64,000 nucleotides of DNA from positions 13,120,987 through 13,184,986 of the forward strand of contig CM082583.2 of NCBI GenBank assembly GCA_040954595.2, given 5' to 3'. The DNA comes from Balanoglossus misakiensis (Eukaryota; Animalia; Hemichordata). The position numbers and the translations under genes were made by a program. Position 1 is the first letter of the stretch; every line of letters starts with the position of its first letter. Positions 24,301 to 38,206 of this stretch are shown piece after piece. The notes below the pieces were generated by a model, which searched no databases, had not been told where the DNA came from, and saw only the letters and a list, made by a program, of their open reading frames with translations.

Positions 24301-27300
24301 ACTTGATCATTTGATTAACAAATAACATGATAGTATTGTTCAATATTTACTTCCAGCAAAAGAAGAGACATATCATGTCCAAGCGTATTTGAAATATTAA
24401 AAGTAACCGATTTCACCAAAGTCACCATATCATATTTCTTCATTTTTACTCTATGATATGAATGTCATAAATCATATGGAACAGGATATCAAACAATCTG
24501 TGTCAGGCATATTCTGAGAGCTCTACCGTATGGTGTTCTAAACAATGAGAAAATGATTTTCACAAAAGCCCCATGGCCATGTTTACTGCCTACTCTACAT
24601 TTTCATGTTTTAGCCACATGGAGTGAATTAAGTCCGAAACTATGGACTATCGTTAGTCAATACATTGTAACCATGAATTGCATTTCATTGATGGAAATGG
24701 ACATTTAGTGACATTATGTGTTGACGTATGTAATACTGAGGTCACAAGAGCTTGCTGAAGGCACCCTAAAGTTCACTCGCTGTCCATGGAACACAGGTAC
24801 TACAGGTCTCATCCATTGATGTCGTGATATGTTGCCACAGTTCAATGGAGAATGATTGCGACTGTCAGACATCCCAGGAAGTACTCGTGATACGCAATTG
24901 CAGGTGATAAGATTTACAAACCAGTGGAGATAGCAACTGCCTCCCCACGTGAACTGTGCATTGTTCACAAACCTGCACATTGTTCAATAATGTCAAAAGT
25001 AGGTCATTGTATGTTCACAGTGCTTTAAGTAATTAATTAATACCAGTGGTTTTCTCACTGGTTCAATTGCGGCTACTCACAGCCTAACCAATCAAATTCA
25101 CATTTCCATGACTAATTAATGACCACGTCACACTTTGTGGGTATAGTGTATCATCAAAATGAAGCAATAATGTTTAGTATCATACATGTACATTGTTTGA
25201 CAAGGTCACCTCTTTGCATTCTGGGATAACCCACTAAAGATCTGCAGTGGTGGAAGAGCGAGCACCTTTGTGCACCACTGGATTTTAAATGTCAACATTT
25301 GGTGAAGGGATGAAATAGTTTTTTGTCAAGTGTTGCAAGTAGAATTCAAAATCTGTCAGCAGCTATACAATCCCATCATGCATCAGTAAAGATTAATTAT
25401 GTTCATAATACTTGTCCAATTTTTGACTGCTTTTGTAGATGATATAATCCTCTGTAATTTCACCCATATTACGTATTGCCTCATTAGTTTCCGACGAATG
25501 GATATCCTGTTCTACATATCACACACAAATGACCCATTGGAGCAAAAGAAATTATTCTGGATAGTTAGAGTTGATTATGTAATTAATTTACATGGGGTTG
25601 CTTGGCATTATGGGTACATGTGTCAGATTGGGGCCAAATTTTAAGGTAGTTTAATAGTCTCTGAAATGAATATAGAAGGCATTTAAAAATGTGTATTCGC
25701 ATATTTATGTGTACATGTACACTGTATACTGATACAGCCATATTCCCTGATTGCTGCGTATGGTTGTAATCTATGTGTGTACTCTGGCCATATCTGGTCA
25801 TGTACTTTGACCACAGCAGCGAACTCAGACCGTGTCTAAGCATAATTATCACGCAGAAAGAATGTATTTTTTCTCACGACATTGTACATTCACCTCTCGT
25901 TTGACATTCAGTAATGGTGTCAACTTGTGATATGGGTACATAACAGGAAGGTGGGGGGAAGCATGAAGTCTGAAAATGTCATTATTGAGGTGAATTTACA
26001 GAGACAGGATGTCGAATTAATAACGTGACTCATTCACGAGACGGTGGTAATGATTCTGTGTGGATGCAAGGGTAGAAATGTGAAACCAACAGGACTAATA
26101 GTACAGGACTATAATAATCCTAAGCATCCTAGTTTTGCTGACATTTCAACCAATATGTTCATTGGGCTGGAGGCAACCTTTTTTTGGTGACATTTTAAAG
26201 TTTGACATGTGTGGGAGGGGTGATCACCATAGGAACAGAAAGAACTGATGCCCGGGAGAAATTAAGATGGAATCCTCTCCCATGGGACAGATTTTCGTTC
26301 TTCAGAAATTATGAAATATTTGTCTTCTTTGATCTTATGTTGAGTAATTCTGAAAGCTAAGACAAAATAATGCTGTTTTGTTTTTGAATTCAGATTTTCT
26401 TAATGTGTCATTAGAATATTTAAGTATTGGTAAATATAATTGCTGTTGGGAGAACACTAAAAGTTGGCTAAGCTGTTTCCAAATGATTTCCCTTGAGTTT
26501 AAGACGACCACGCCTGTTTTAATGTGTCAGTCAAGGTCATTGACGCATACCAAGGTCAAGGTTACAAACTTTGTGACGGAGAAAAATTACGCATTTCTTT
26601 CTCTTAAAAATTGTAAAGTGCTTAATTGCTGCTGTTTGGTAATTTTATTTGTGAGACAACGTCTTCAAAAATTCAAAAGAAAATGTAGGTACATGTACAC
26701 TGTACTGCACAGCTCAGTTTATGGATAACCTTTGATTCTTGATAAAAATCTTCCATACAATACTGCATACAAACAGTCCATGTTATTTGGTAGTGATTTA
26801 CTGTTGACAGTGATCTATATATCTAACAGATAATAATCTGCTGAGTTGCATCACCAAACACTTCACTGCTTTAAGTACTGAGAAGATACTATACTAGTAC
26901 ACTGTCTGTGGAAGTGGCCTAAACCATGTGCATATTACAAAATGATACTGTACGCAAAATCTGACATTTTCCGCAGTCTTCTGGAAGTGTGAAAGTTACA
27001 TCATAGAATGTAAACTCTGAAACCGAAGAGGACATATATTGGTAATTTTCTTGTGTAGGTTGCATTTGTTTGCTGTTACACAATTGTTGCTTCTCAGTAC
27101 AGCAGTCCAAAACATTGCTGATATCTAGTGTAAATAAAGGTTCCCAACATCAATCATTACATTTGACATTTACATGACCATGCCACTACCATAAAAACAA
27201 ACCACAAATTGTTTTTGCCGTGACAAGCCACCATGACAAAGTACGCAGTTGGGAAGTTTTTAAACAGTGTGTAATATTCTCAGCCTATTGCTTTTGCCTG

Positions 27301-30300
27301 TTGCTATAAGCTTTTGCAGACTTCAGAGCTAGATGAACAGGTGTTTATATTCAAGCTTATAATAACCGCATTTAGACCGGTACAGACAAAAACACTCATA
27401 GACAACAGATGTGTACACACAGACCATGCAAATGCATGACCCCAGGTGCCCCCACCACTCAAAACACTGTAGGGTTGCTCACATATGGGTGTGCATGTGA
27501 TACAGGATTAATAAGCACTTAACAGGCAGGTGTGCACACATTAAGAGATATCCAGATCTATACAAGGGGAACCTTGCGAGTGGGGGCTTGCATAGCTTGA
27601 CTAAAACAACCCCCTCCCCCCAAAACGCGTCCAGTTTCAGTTGCATTTTGTGACCTCCTACCAGAACCCTACAAACCAATGTACAGTGTGAGAACCTTTA
27701 CAACTGGGAAACCAGCCACAACAATCTACATCCACAATATTGGCACCAAGTTTTAACATTGTTTTTTTTTCTCATCTTCTCCTTGCAGAACAAAGCATGT
27801 GGCACACCAACAATTCAATTCAAGAGGACAAAAGGGGTAAGTAGTTTGTAGAAACAAGAAATCAGTGGGTTTAATTGTGCCCCATCCAAGAGATTGTGGT
27901 GATTTGTTTTGTGTAGGCTAGCCAGTGTTAAAATGTTGTTGTGATTCATTTGTGCATTTGCAGGTGATATCATTACCAGGACATGTATCAGCAGATGGAC
28001 AAGCTACAAGGAACACTTTCAATTTTTCCATGACACCATTTGAAGAGCGTGGAACATTTGAATGCATTCACCAGTGCAAAAATAGGTAAGGCTTGTGTGT
28101 GTGTGTGTGTGTGTTGAGTGACCATTTCTACAACCAGAACTGTGTGTCTGTATGAATGATGCATCGTCTATGATAATGTGTAATAGTTCCTTTGATAGGG
28201 AATATTATATTGGCCCAGACATAGGGTAGGTTTTTGCCAGCAATTGAAACGACTGAAGTTAGAATGCATGTTCAAATTACTTTGTCATGGATATGATGGC
28301 CATCTGATAGCAAATATTCCACCTCCGGCAGAATAACTCTGTTTCCTGCATTAGACTTGTCCGCAAAATAAAGAGAGAATTTACTGAACCGGTCAATGAC
28401 ACGCGCACCTCTCTCAACATGTGCCGATCACATCTCATGAATTAAACCACCATGCCCACAGGTGAGAAAGCATTTTGATTAAAGATACCAGGGCACTCAA
28501 GGTTGAAGGCATTAGGTATCACGTTAAAGCTTGTGTGTGTGTGTGTGAGCTTTCTATAAAAATGTATTCATCAACTTTAAGGGAAGTCGCTTCTACCCCC
28601 AGGGACAAAGGTCAGGCTTGATTTACATCTGGAAGGTCTTCTGATTTTCTTTCCAGAAAGCAGTGCGTCAGAGATGCTGTAAAAGTGTGGTGCAGGCATG
28701 ATCTTCTAATCTTTGTTCAGATGAAGTATATTAAAACCGAGTCAGACAGTCTGGGGAGACAGGAAATGTAAAACTCGTCAAAAGATGTTTACTCTTTGTT
28801 GTGTGCGTACCCCATATGGAAATATCTGTATTGAGTCGACAGAATACTAAGTGGATTGTGTAGGATTTCATCATTTACGTATGAAGGTTTTGCATCTAGT
28901 GTTTCAACACACCTGCGTTAAATTGGTTCATTTCAAATGCTCTTATCTGAGGAAATCTGATATTCTGCTGTGAAATTTGATGTTCATGAGAAGAAGAAAG
29001 AAATTCTCAGTAAAGAATTTGCTGAGATTTTGATTAATGTGAAATTTCTCAGAAAGTGAGTGATCTGTTAAGTGCAGATTTACCGTGACTACAGAAAACG
29101 ATGCTGGGTTAAAATGTCTTTGCTATAGATACTATTAATTTTATTTTTACTCAGGTTGTAACATTATGTGGGATCAGATGCATGTTGTACAGATTTGTGT
29201 GCTTGTTCCATGGGTGTAATGTTGACACTACATAGCCATGTGTTAATATGTACCCCTGGTTCAATTCATTAACACCATCTAGTCTGGCTGCACATCATTC
29301 GCCTGATAACAGATGCTGTACCTGTTCTCGAATTTATTCAGTGGGTGATTCCTGACCCATTTAGATGATGTAGTACACTGCAGACGTGATTAAACCAGTC
29401 TTTACATGCATGACAAACGTGATGAAACCAGTTCCCATTCATACGTATCTCATTAATAAGAGGTTGCCAAGACATTATCTAGATAGTCTGTTGCAGAGGA
29501 GACCCCGGGACTCGACATAACGTCTACATTCTAAACTATTATCTACAATGCTGTATAGTTTGATAACCTTGATACGTTCAATTACTTCAGGCAATTCTCG
29601 CTTTGCAACGTAATTCAGCATTTTCCTACAAAGTAAACTCAACATAGGCATTTTTGAATTTGGGTGCAACATACAAAACATGGGGGTGTCAGGTCTGTTT
29701 ATGTGAGATCATATTCTTATGATTACATGTGAGAGAACTGGTACAGTGTCGTAGACTGCCCTGGTGATTATAAAATACTTGAAGCGCATTCTCTTGTCTG
29801 CATATCATATTTATTATATGCATAAGTTATAGACAAGTACAGACAAGACACAATTTCTTCAGTGTTTACACCACCACTGCCAGAAGTAATTGATTAAAAA
29901 ATAAATATGATTATCTGATATTTAATATGACAGATTGTATTTTGATAAATACTGTAGGTCACACGTGGTTTGTCCTACAGGTCACATTCTGAGGTCGCGA
30001 GACAGCAGGGAATAGATCTGGACGTAAAGAATTCTAACAAACACTTAGCCTTTGGTTAGAAAAAATCTCAACTATTCAATATGACCATTTAAAGTATACG
30101 ATCATCACAACTTCCCTTGTGTGATGATGTTCACTTCCTCATATAGAAATAATCTGTGAATATTTTTAATTTGATTGTTCAATTTCAAGTTTTGTTGTAG
30201 ATTATTGTTTGTTCAGAAATTGACAGGGGATCAGAAATTCCTCTGTGGGATCCATCACCCAGTCTTGAAACTGACAAAATGTCTTTATGTTGTCTTTTTT

Positions 30301-33300
30301 TTTCTGTCCAGGTACAATGAACCTCACATGGAAGTGAAAGGATGCATTCAGCATAAACTGAAGGTGCTAGCCACAGAGGAAGTTTATCAAGATACCAAAG
30401 ATAAAATGGCTTTGGCCCAGGAGGAAATGAGAAAATCCACGTAAGTACACAGCAGAATGTTGAAATGATGCAAAAAAGCATTGACTTTGCTGGCCTGGAT
30501 GTGATTTGACCTTAGATTGCATAATCCCCACAGTGTGATAATCTGTATGATCATAGACAGTAGACTGTCTATGGTACAATGATACAGATATTGTTACCTG
30601 CATTTTCATGACTATTTTCTGAAATATGCAGTTAAAAATAAAAGGCTCCGAGATGGATTAAGTCAGACGAGCATATCACACATTCAAAATATCTCCTCTG
30701 GAGGTCAAAATAAATAGGAAATGTCATTTTTTGTTCCATGTTTGAACCCAAATGTAAGAACTTTATTGTATTATTTTCATGATTTTTATGTTCAAATGAA
30801 ATTATGTCATGAAAAAATGCTTACCAAGGGGCGTGTTGGTTACCACAAACTTTTTAAAGTCAAACCCTTGTATCACTCTATTGGGTCATTTTTAGTTGTA
30901 CACTAGGCATCGATGCCAGAAAAGTCTGAGTTTGTTTCCTATCCTTGATTATCCCCCTGAAGCATGTCACAATAAATTATAACTTTCTTGACTTCCCAGC
31001 ACCATTCTTATCATGAATATCTTTAAGGTGACATTATCTGGATATTGGAGACCGATGACGTCCATTAGAAACTAAAGTTACAGATAAATAATGTGAATGT
31101 CCGAATGATGAAAACATAAATCTAAGAGATGATCATGAGGATGAACAGACATTCCCCTCCAAGAAAATAATCCCATTAGTCAGTGTGAATGACCGACCGG
31201 ATCAACAAAAGCTGGCAGTAGTTGTGATCATCCTCACTGCAAGCAATCTGCAGTAGTCATTTTTAGATGTATCAGAAACTAATGACTAATGTTCATTATC
31301 TGTTCTGTCTTTGTTGTGACTTCCAGAACTAACTTTATTGACAAAGCCACCGGCAAACACATCGGCAATAAAGTGAAAGTGAAGAAGAAAATCCAATACC
31401 GTGGCAGTCATAAACAGACAGCTGTAATCAGCCGCAGTAATGGAAGCAAGATTGTTACAAGTGGCAAGCCACACATCTCTAAGCCTCCGACGTCGCAAGG
31501 GAATTCAAAGTTTCCGAAAGTGTCGTACAGGTAAGGAATGTTTCCATGGGGTGAGTTGTGGGCAGCGTGTGTGTGTTCTCTATTTAGTCAGATGCAGTCT
31601 TCTGAGTTTAATGTTGAAATTAATATCATTTCATGCCCGCCAAGGGTGCACCAACAACCAGTTTTAACATATAACATTTCCAAGTCTGAAGAGCAGAAGT
31701 AACGTGAAAAATGACTTGATATTTTGATAAAAATTAGGTGCCCGCAGTCTTTGAAATTATTCTTTTCTGTATTTAGTCTGCTCTATTGCATGTCATTACC
31801 ATATGTAAGAGTCGAAGCAATAATGTATATTTGACATAGTACATTGAAGTTTAAAGATATATTTGCAAAGCCATTGATTCTGACAACGCAAGATTAATTT
31901 ATTCCAGACGTCATTACTGAATGCTTGGAAAAATTTAATCTCTGTCCAGCGCCAGAATAAATCAACTGCAAGTCTGTCACAGACATGATCCAATCTAATA
32001 AAAGAAAGACCCAGTAAATTGTAGCCGACATTAGCTCGGCAAGACGTACAGACTTTGATTGTTTTATTGGCGAATGGAGTCAGCACCCTGATCTAATTTA
32101 TTTTAAAGTTGAGCAGTCGTCGTCGGTTACCGGTGGTGCCATTCTGACCTTCCAAACCCTCATAAAATTATTTTCATTTCTGGAAGTTGTAAAACTCGAT
32201 AGGTATTTGCGGCAGATCACAAGTGGCGACTTTTTTACATGAGTTTGTGCACCTGTGAGTGGAGTGACAAGATGTATGGCACTCTGTAGCTAAGCATCGG
32301 TCTGTGTCGATGTGGTCTGCGGGTTCTTGCCTTGAAACTTCAAACTTTAGTCCACGCTTGGCTCAAAGAAACTGCCTGCAGTCGCCTGCAGTATCCGCTC
32401 TATGCCAATTTGTAGATAATGAAGTCTCATGCTCAGATCAGCCGGAACATGTATATTGCCCTCTGCCACTGTGTACATACTGTAATCTATGAAACAGATG
32501 ATTCATAGCATCCGTACAATATTGACACAGCATACTGAGATGAATGGAATATTGTAGCCGTACCGCGCACATGTACAATTGCATGGGTTTCAAACAAACC
32601 CGAATATACCCAGTTCAGTACACCAAAACTGGCATAATGTTTTTTATGTACTATGTATATTTCACACACCAAGTTTCTTGAGATGTGTGATTTTTCCAAA
32701 ACCTTCAATTTCAAATCAACTTAGCTATGTTTCATTTTAAAATATGTTTTCAAATCTATGTGCCAGTTACATTAAAATGAAAAATATTATTCCCATTCAG
32801 AAAATGAAATATTTGCAAAATTTGTGGCCATATGTTACATATGGCTAAGTAGGGGATAGATTTTAGCATTCCATATGTCCTGTCAAAGTGCAAACAAATC
32901 ACTGGATTATTCTCTCTTGTAGTGTTTGTTTTTTTCATGTGTGATTTTTATATAAAAGTGGGTTTTGTCTTAAAAGAAAATATTAACAGAAAATTGTGGG
33001 ACATGTGGAATAAATGAAATATGCGTGACTGTGCTGTTTGTTCAAATGTTGTAATATGTGGCGTGTCTTTTGTGAGAAAAAACAGCTTGTGTACTGAATG
33101 TGGTGTGAGATTTTACAGGGATAGAAATGTATGTTTACTTAAACTGAGAAATTGAACATAGTTGAGAGAGGGGGTAGAGAGAGAGAGGGGGAGGGGGTGA
33201 AAATTGCCACAATGTACATTGCACATTGTATTGCAGACATGAACAAGAGGATGTGCACATTGTAATCTGCACTGAGGTCTACGTTTCACCCATTGAATTA

Positions 33301-36300
33301 AAGAGGACCCCTTTACATTCACCAGCATTGAAAGAGTGTTAAATGTTTTCTTCTGCAGGGATAAAATTATACATTTACTGGCATTGAAGCCCTACAAGAA
33401 GCTTGAACTGGTACTTAGACTTCAGAAGGATCATGTCAATCAGAAAGACAAAAATCAGCTCGGTAGTATCCTGCAACAGGTGGGCTCTTTTTTCAATTTT
33501 TTCTAATCCATGTTCTATTCTGTTTGGTGTTAAGTATGCAACTCATATGGGGACAGGGGCTGATATATATGACAATAGATTGAACTTTTGTTGTTGTGCC
33601 GTTTTGACCAGCAAGACCACATACAGCGAGAGAGATGACTCTTTACCCCTGTAGAAAGTATCGCACGCAGGAATTGGTACAAGTGTCTAATTTTTCTGCC
33701 TTTTTTCACCGTTGCAACCTATGGTACTTTCAAATGTACATATCTTATCAGCGAATAATGCTCAATATTGTCAACCATTCATGTTAACATCCGCCATATG
33801 TTCAGTGTTTATACAGGGACATAAATAGCATAATAATGGGTTTTTGTCATTTGACTTTTCTGCACAATATGTTTTCTCTATCGGCTGTAAAAACTATTTT
33901 TTTTGTCTGGACATCAATGATTTGTGAGGACTGCTGAAATACGGTCAAAATAGATGAGAAATGCAGCGTTGCTGTTCTTTCATTAAAAAAATGTTTGCTT
34001 TCAGTGTGGGTCATTTTTTATGAACCTGTTGACTTTTCCAAAGCATGGTGCTTGCTTCAAGTTATTTTGAGCAGAATGGGCATGTCATTTGTTAAAAATA
34101 AAAGTGCAGGTTATGGTTTTGTTTTCATCAAGTATTGAACTGTTATTTTTGTCTTTTATTTTACTTGGCATTTTTACAAACCACACTGAGGCAACGGCAC
34201 GATGATTTATTTCATCTGCCTTTTCAGCAGGTAATTGTGTAATTTGAGCTGAGTGTTTGAATTCAAACAGCAACTGTGTCGAGAGACCCTTCTGACAACG
34301 TCTGCTTTTACGGCTGACAAATATGTGCATAGGGTACGGTTGCTGTTTCGTACAGATTCGCACAATGCGCGTCCAGTGATCCTTATCAGTGAGAATTATG
34401 GACTTGAGAAACAAGGTGCCAGCACTACATCCATCCTTCAGTTTGTGCAGAAGTGAAGTGACATCCCCACACATGAGGTGCATTAATCTTGACACACAAG
34501 CACACACACATAACTGATGGTCTTGATGAAATATTTATGACCGGTGTCCTACCTGATATTGTGTACATTGCTGTGTATGCAAATGACATTGGATGGCAGG
34601 CGTAATCTGAGAGAAATATGGCCCTGTTCATTATCGATGCTAATATCTGGATGTATAGGCTTTACTTTGTGACAGCATGGGGTCTGCAAAAGTCTACCTT
34701 TTGTGAAATTGACATGTTAACAGAAAAAAAATCCAGCATGGGGCTAATGGAAATTGACTGTAAAATGTGAGACTTGTGATGTGGCTATGAAGTTGTAAAT
34801 TGACAAATTCGACTTGGAAAGATCAAACCTGCCAAAATTCACTCTTGTCACTGTGAAAAATTACTATGCTGGTCTGCATCTTCAATTTAAACAGTTGGCA
34901 TCAACTGTTTCCTCCCCAGCATGTGGACAGCGATCAGTTGTAAATTTTCTTGGTGTAATTTTACATTTGAAAAGGTTATACTCAATTGGGTAGATCAATA
35001 TTTGATGTAATATGGCATGACTGCAGGGTTCATATTCTGCCAGAAGAACTTTGAAATTCCTTCAAGAAATGAAAGTTATGCATGGAAAATTTATTAGCCA
35101 TCTGTTATTCAGAAAAACTTGCAAAGAGACTCGTGTAACTTTAAGCATCAAGCTCCAATATATACCAAAACTGAGCAAATTTTTTTTCCCTCTTTTCATT
35201 GTCTCTGTAGGTTGCAACAATGAAAGATAATGCATTTACTCTTAATAAACCTTTATATAATGAAGTGAGGGAAGATTGGCCACTGTACAGTGAAGGGGAC
35301 AAACAGCTCTTGAAACGGTATGTAAAATCTCTTAGTTTTACAACAGACAAAATAGACCAGCTTGATGTGAGAGGAACTGGGAACTTGTAGAATTTCATCA
35401 TACATTCAGTGGTACCTGAAATGTCTTTATGTGATTTGTTGAATATTTTCTGTTTATTTCTCCAAGGTGATCAAACATGCTTTTTGTTGATGGCTGCAGA
35501 TTCTTCTTTTGTGTCCCAAATACTGGTTTTAGTAATTTAAGAATTAAACCCCTTTCTCTTTTTATTCACAGGAAATTAGCCCAGGTTAGAAGTAGTAGCA
35601 ATGAACTTTCACCTCCACAGAATAGCACTCACAGTACAAGTCCATCTCCACCTCAGGTGAGACTGATGTAGTGTGATGACAAGGGATGATGTGGTGTAGT
35701 GTGATGTGATGGTGATAGTAATGTGGTGTGGTACTTCAGTTCAATGTATTGTGATGGGTGAGATTAGTGATCTTTGGTGGTATAGTGTGATGTTTGGCAC
35801 TGTACATGTACATGCCAGGCACTTGGAGCTGGCTATCGTCTCTTATCTGGTGGCCAGGCCTTTTTTAACAATCATGTTTTGACCTCTTGAATAACATCAC
35901 TACAGTTCATAGTTGCAGTCTGTGCCCTCTCTTATCAAACCGATTAATTTGCCTTAAAGCTTTAGTTGATCATCTTGAAGAGAATTTAAAAACTTTGGTT
36001 AGAGATAGAGGTATGCAGTTTGGCTGCTGTCCAGTTTCCAAAATAGGGGAAGCTGATAAACTTCGTGTGATTAGCGTTTTATATGAGATAATAGTGAATT
36101 ATTTATCTGGCTAAAGCACCTCCACTGCATCAACATGTCAGATCATGTTATCAAACATTTCATCATATGATGCTTCTACTTGTTTTATGGTTACAGATGT
36201 CATTCTTTTTATTTTGAAAGAAAACCTATCTGTATAGAAGTTACTTGTTCCATTGTTAAAATCTTTAGTGTCACTGGTCTGCAGTTCTGGCTTGCATACA

Positions 36301-37772
36301 CAAGTAGTTTCTAAAATATTACCTGTATCTGACGAAATTCTCACTGCTTAAAACCTGATGCCTATGCCCTTTCCCCTCCTATATCAATGGTGACCTTTTA
36401 TTGTGCCCTGACCCTGCCCTTTGAACTTTGACCTCCCTTAGCTTCACCCCTTTTGTTTGTAGACATTGTTCTGTTTGTTGCACTGGCGCTGTTGTTAAAC
36501 TGTTTGTCAGTATAGGACATGATGAATTGAACAGTATGCACATTCTTCACACCATCCAGCTGTTGATTTGATCTTTTTTCCGCTTTTTTCCCATCTCCCC
36601 CGTTTCAGAAAAGACCTGCTGAACCTGACATCATCGACCCTAAGTACAAGAAGCCACGTATCGCGCATCCAGCCAAAGTTCCTACCAATAATAACACTAT
36701 TTCGAACAGTGGCGTTATGAACAACGCCTTGCTCAATATCAAATCCGACGCCGTAAGTTCAACCAGACTTTCACCCACCTTGGACAAAGTGTCCACTGGG
36801 GAGAGTAGGCACAAAGAATATGAGAGGAAAAAGTTAATGCAGGAGAGATTAAAGAACAAAGATAGTGCAAAAACGAGTCCTGTTAGAGATAAAATTAGCC
36901 AGAGTAGTCCTAGTAGGGGGTCGAGGAAGACCAGTCCAGATGTTGTACATAGGGAGTCTGTGAGGAACAGCAAGGAAAACAGTAGACAAGTTGATGGGTT
37001 ACACAACGGAACAAGTCGAGTGGCTTCCTCCGCTTCAAGCATTCCAGAGACGTAAGTACATCATGCCTTCGTTGTTTTGATTGTAGCAAAGTTGATATTT
37101 ATTGACCCCTCTTGATCAGACTTGTGAATAAGACTTTGGAATTCCACATCACTTCTCTGACATCACAATTTCACTGCAGTGGCAAGACTTTTTGAAATCT
37201 CACTTCTTGTTTTCTTGTCTCTGGGCAGAAAATACACAACAATAGCATCAAGAGAACAGAGACAACGCTACAAGGATGACTTCAATGCAGAGTACGACAC
37301 TTACAAGGAACTACACACTAAGGTGGACACCATCACCAAGAAATTCATCGATCTGCAGAGGTTATTGGAGACCACCGATGAGGGCAGTGATAACTACGAA
37401 AATATTAAGAGTCAAGTTGTGGAAGAGTATGAGATTATCAAGAAGGTAAAGCTTTATAAGAACAGATTTCTGCCTGAATTCTGTGGTTGGCATTAGGATG
37501 CCACGCAGATGAATTGTAATTATAAGATGCAAAGTGAAGTATAGTTTTCTTGCATTACAATTATACCGATACAAATTTCACTCACAATTTCATCAGTTTC
37601 CATGCATTTAGACCAACGTGTCTGATTCCCTTTTTCCGTCTTGTCACTTTTGCAGGAGCATCCCGACTTTCAAGACGAGAAGAGGCACTGTCAGAGGCTA
37701 CATGCCAAGTTAGCCCGGATCAAGAAACTCATCATGGAATACGACCAGAGCCAGTTGATGGACACCTCATAG
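18010..37772 (+). CDS. ELL: RNA polymerase II elongation factor ELL (ELL/ELL2 family); join(18010..18141,27789..27836,27964..28085,30312..30440,31327..31530,33359..33479,35211..35317,35572..35656,36609..37051,37229..37445,37656..37772), 574 aa
   Basis: N-terminus MAALAEGEQYGLS..LKLTDSSLRAIE; GTFECIHQ; GCIQHKLKVLATEEVYQ; RDKIIHLLALKPYKK; EVREDWPLYSEGDKQLLKR; IDPKYKKPRIAH; C-terminal occludin/ELL domain KYTTIASREQRQRYKDDFNAEYDTYKELH..EKRHCQRLHAKLARIKKLIMEYD. All introns are GT-AG and phases are consistent (1725 nt). Confidence 0.96.
35665..35795. repeat. Degenerate (GTGAT/GTGGT/GTAGT)n pentamer repeat in ELL intron 8
   Basis: Low-complexity TGTGA/TGTGG/TGTAG units seen directly. Confidence 0.7.
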
Positions 37773-38200
37773 TGGCTACATCACCTTATATCACATCGAA
37801 GTGCAATTAGACAAATATGAAAAAAAAGGACAAAAATCCAAAGTATTACTGAAAAGGTCATTATGCATGCCCAGATTTACCCAGCAGTACCGTTGTTGTT
37901 GTTGTTGTGTTTTCATTGGTGTAAATATCCGTATATTTCATTCTCTGGTTCGACAATTACAAGGTTTGCATGGAGATGTTGCAAAAGTGACCTCTTTGTG
38001 ACTTTGACCACTTGTGTGTTGGGAACTTACAAGGAATTTTGTTGGAAGGAATCTGTCAATTGTACACCAACCTTGACAAAACAAGCTATTCAATTTCAAC
38101 AATGAATTTCCTCTGTGCGTTTTCATTCATCACCACATCTAGATAAGACCACATCCTGGTTAAAATACCAGGATGTTTTAGGTCATATAGAGGTCATGAA

Positions 38201-38206
38201 AATAAA
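38201..38206 (+). terminator. Candidate proximal poly(A) signal of ELL (second AATAAA at 39790)
   Basis: AATAAA about 430 nt after the stop codon; actual usage cannot be determined from sequence. Confidence 0.35.

Noticed and set aside
30120-30275. Box C-like GTGATGA in ELL intron 3 as a C/D snoRNA
   Set aside because: No suitably spaced D box, terminal stem or recognisable rRNA guide.
36605-37042. 145-aa hydrophobic minus-strand ORF
   Set aside because: Antisense shadow of ELL exon 9.
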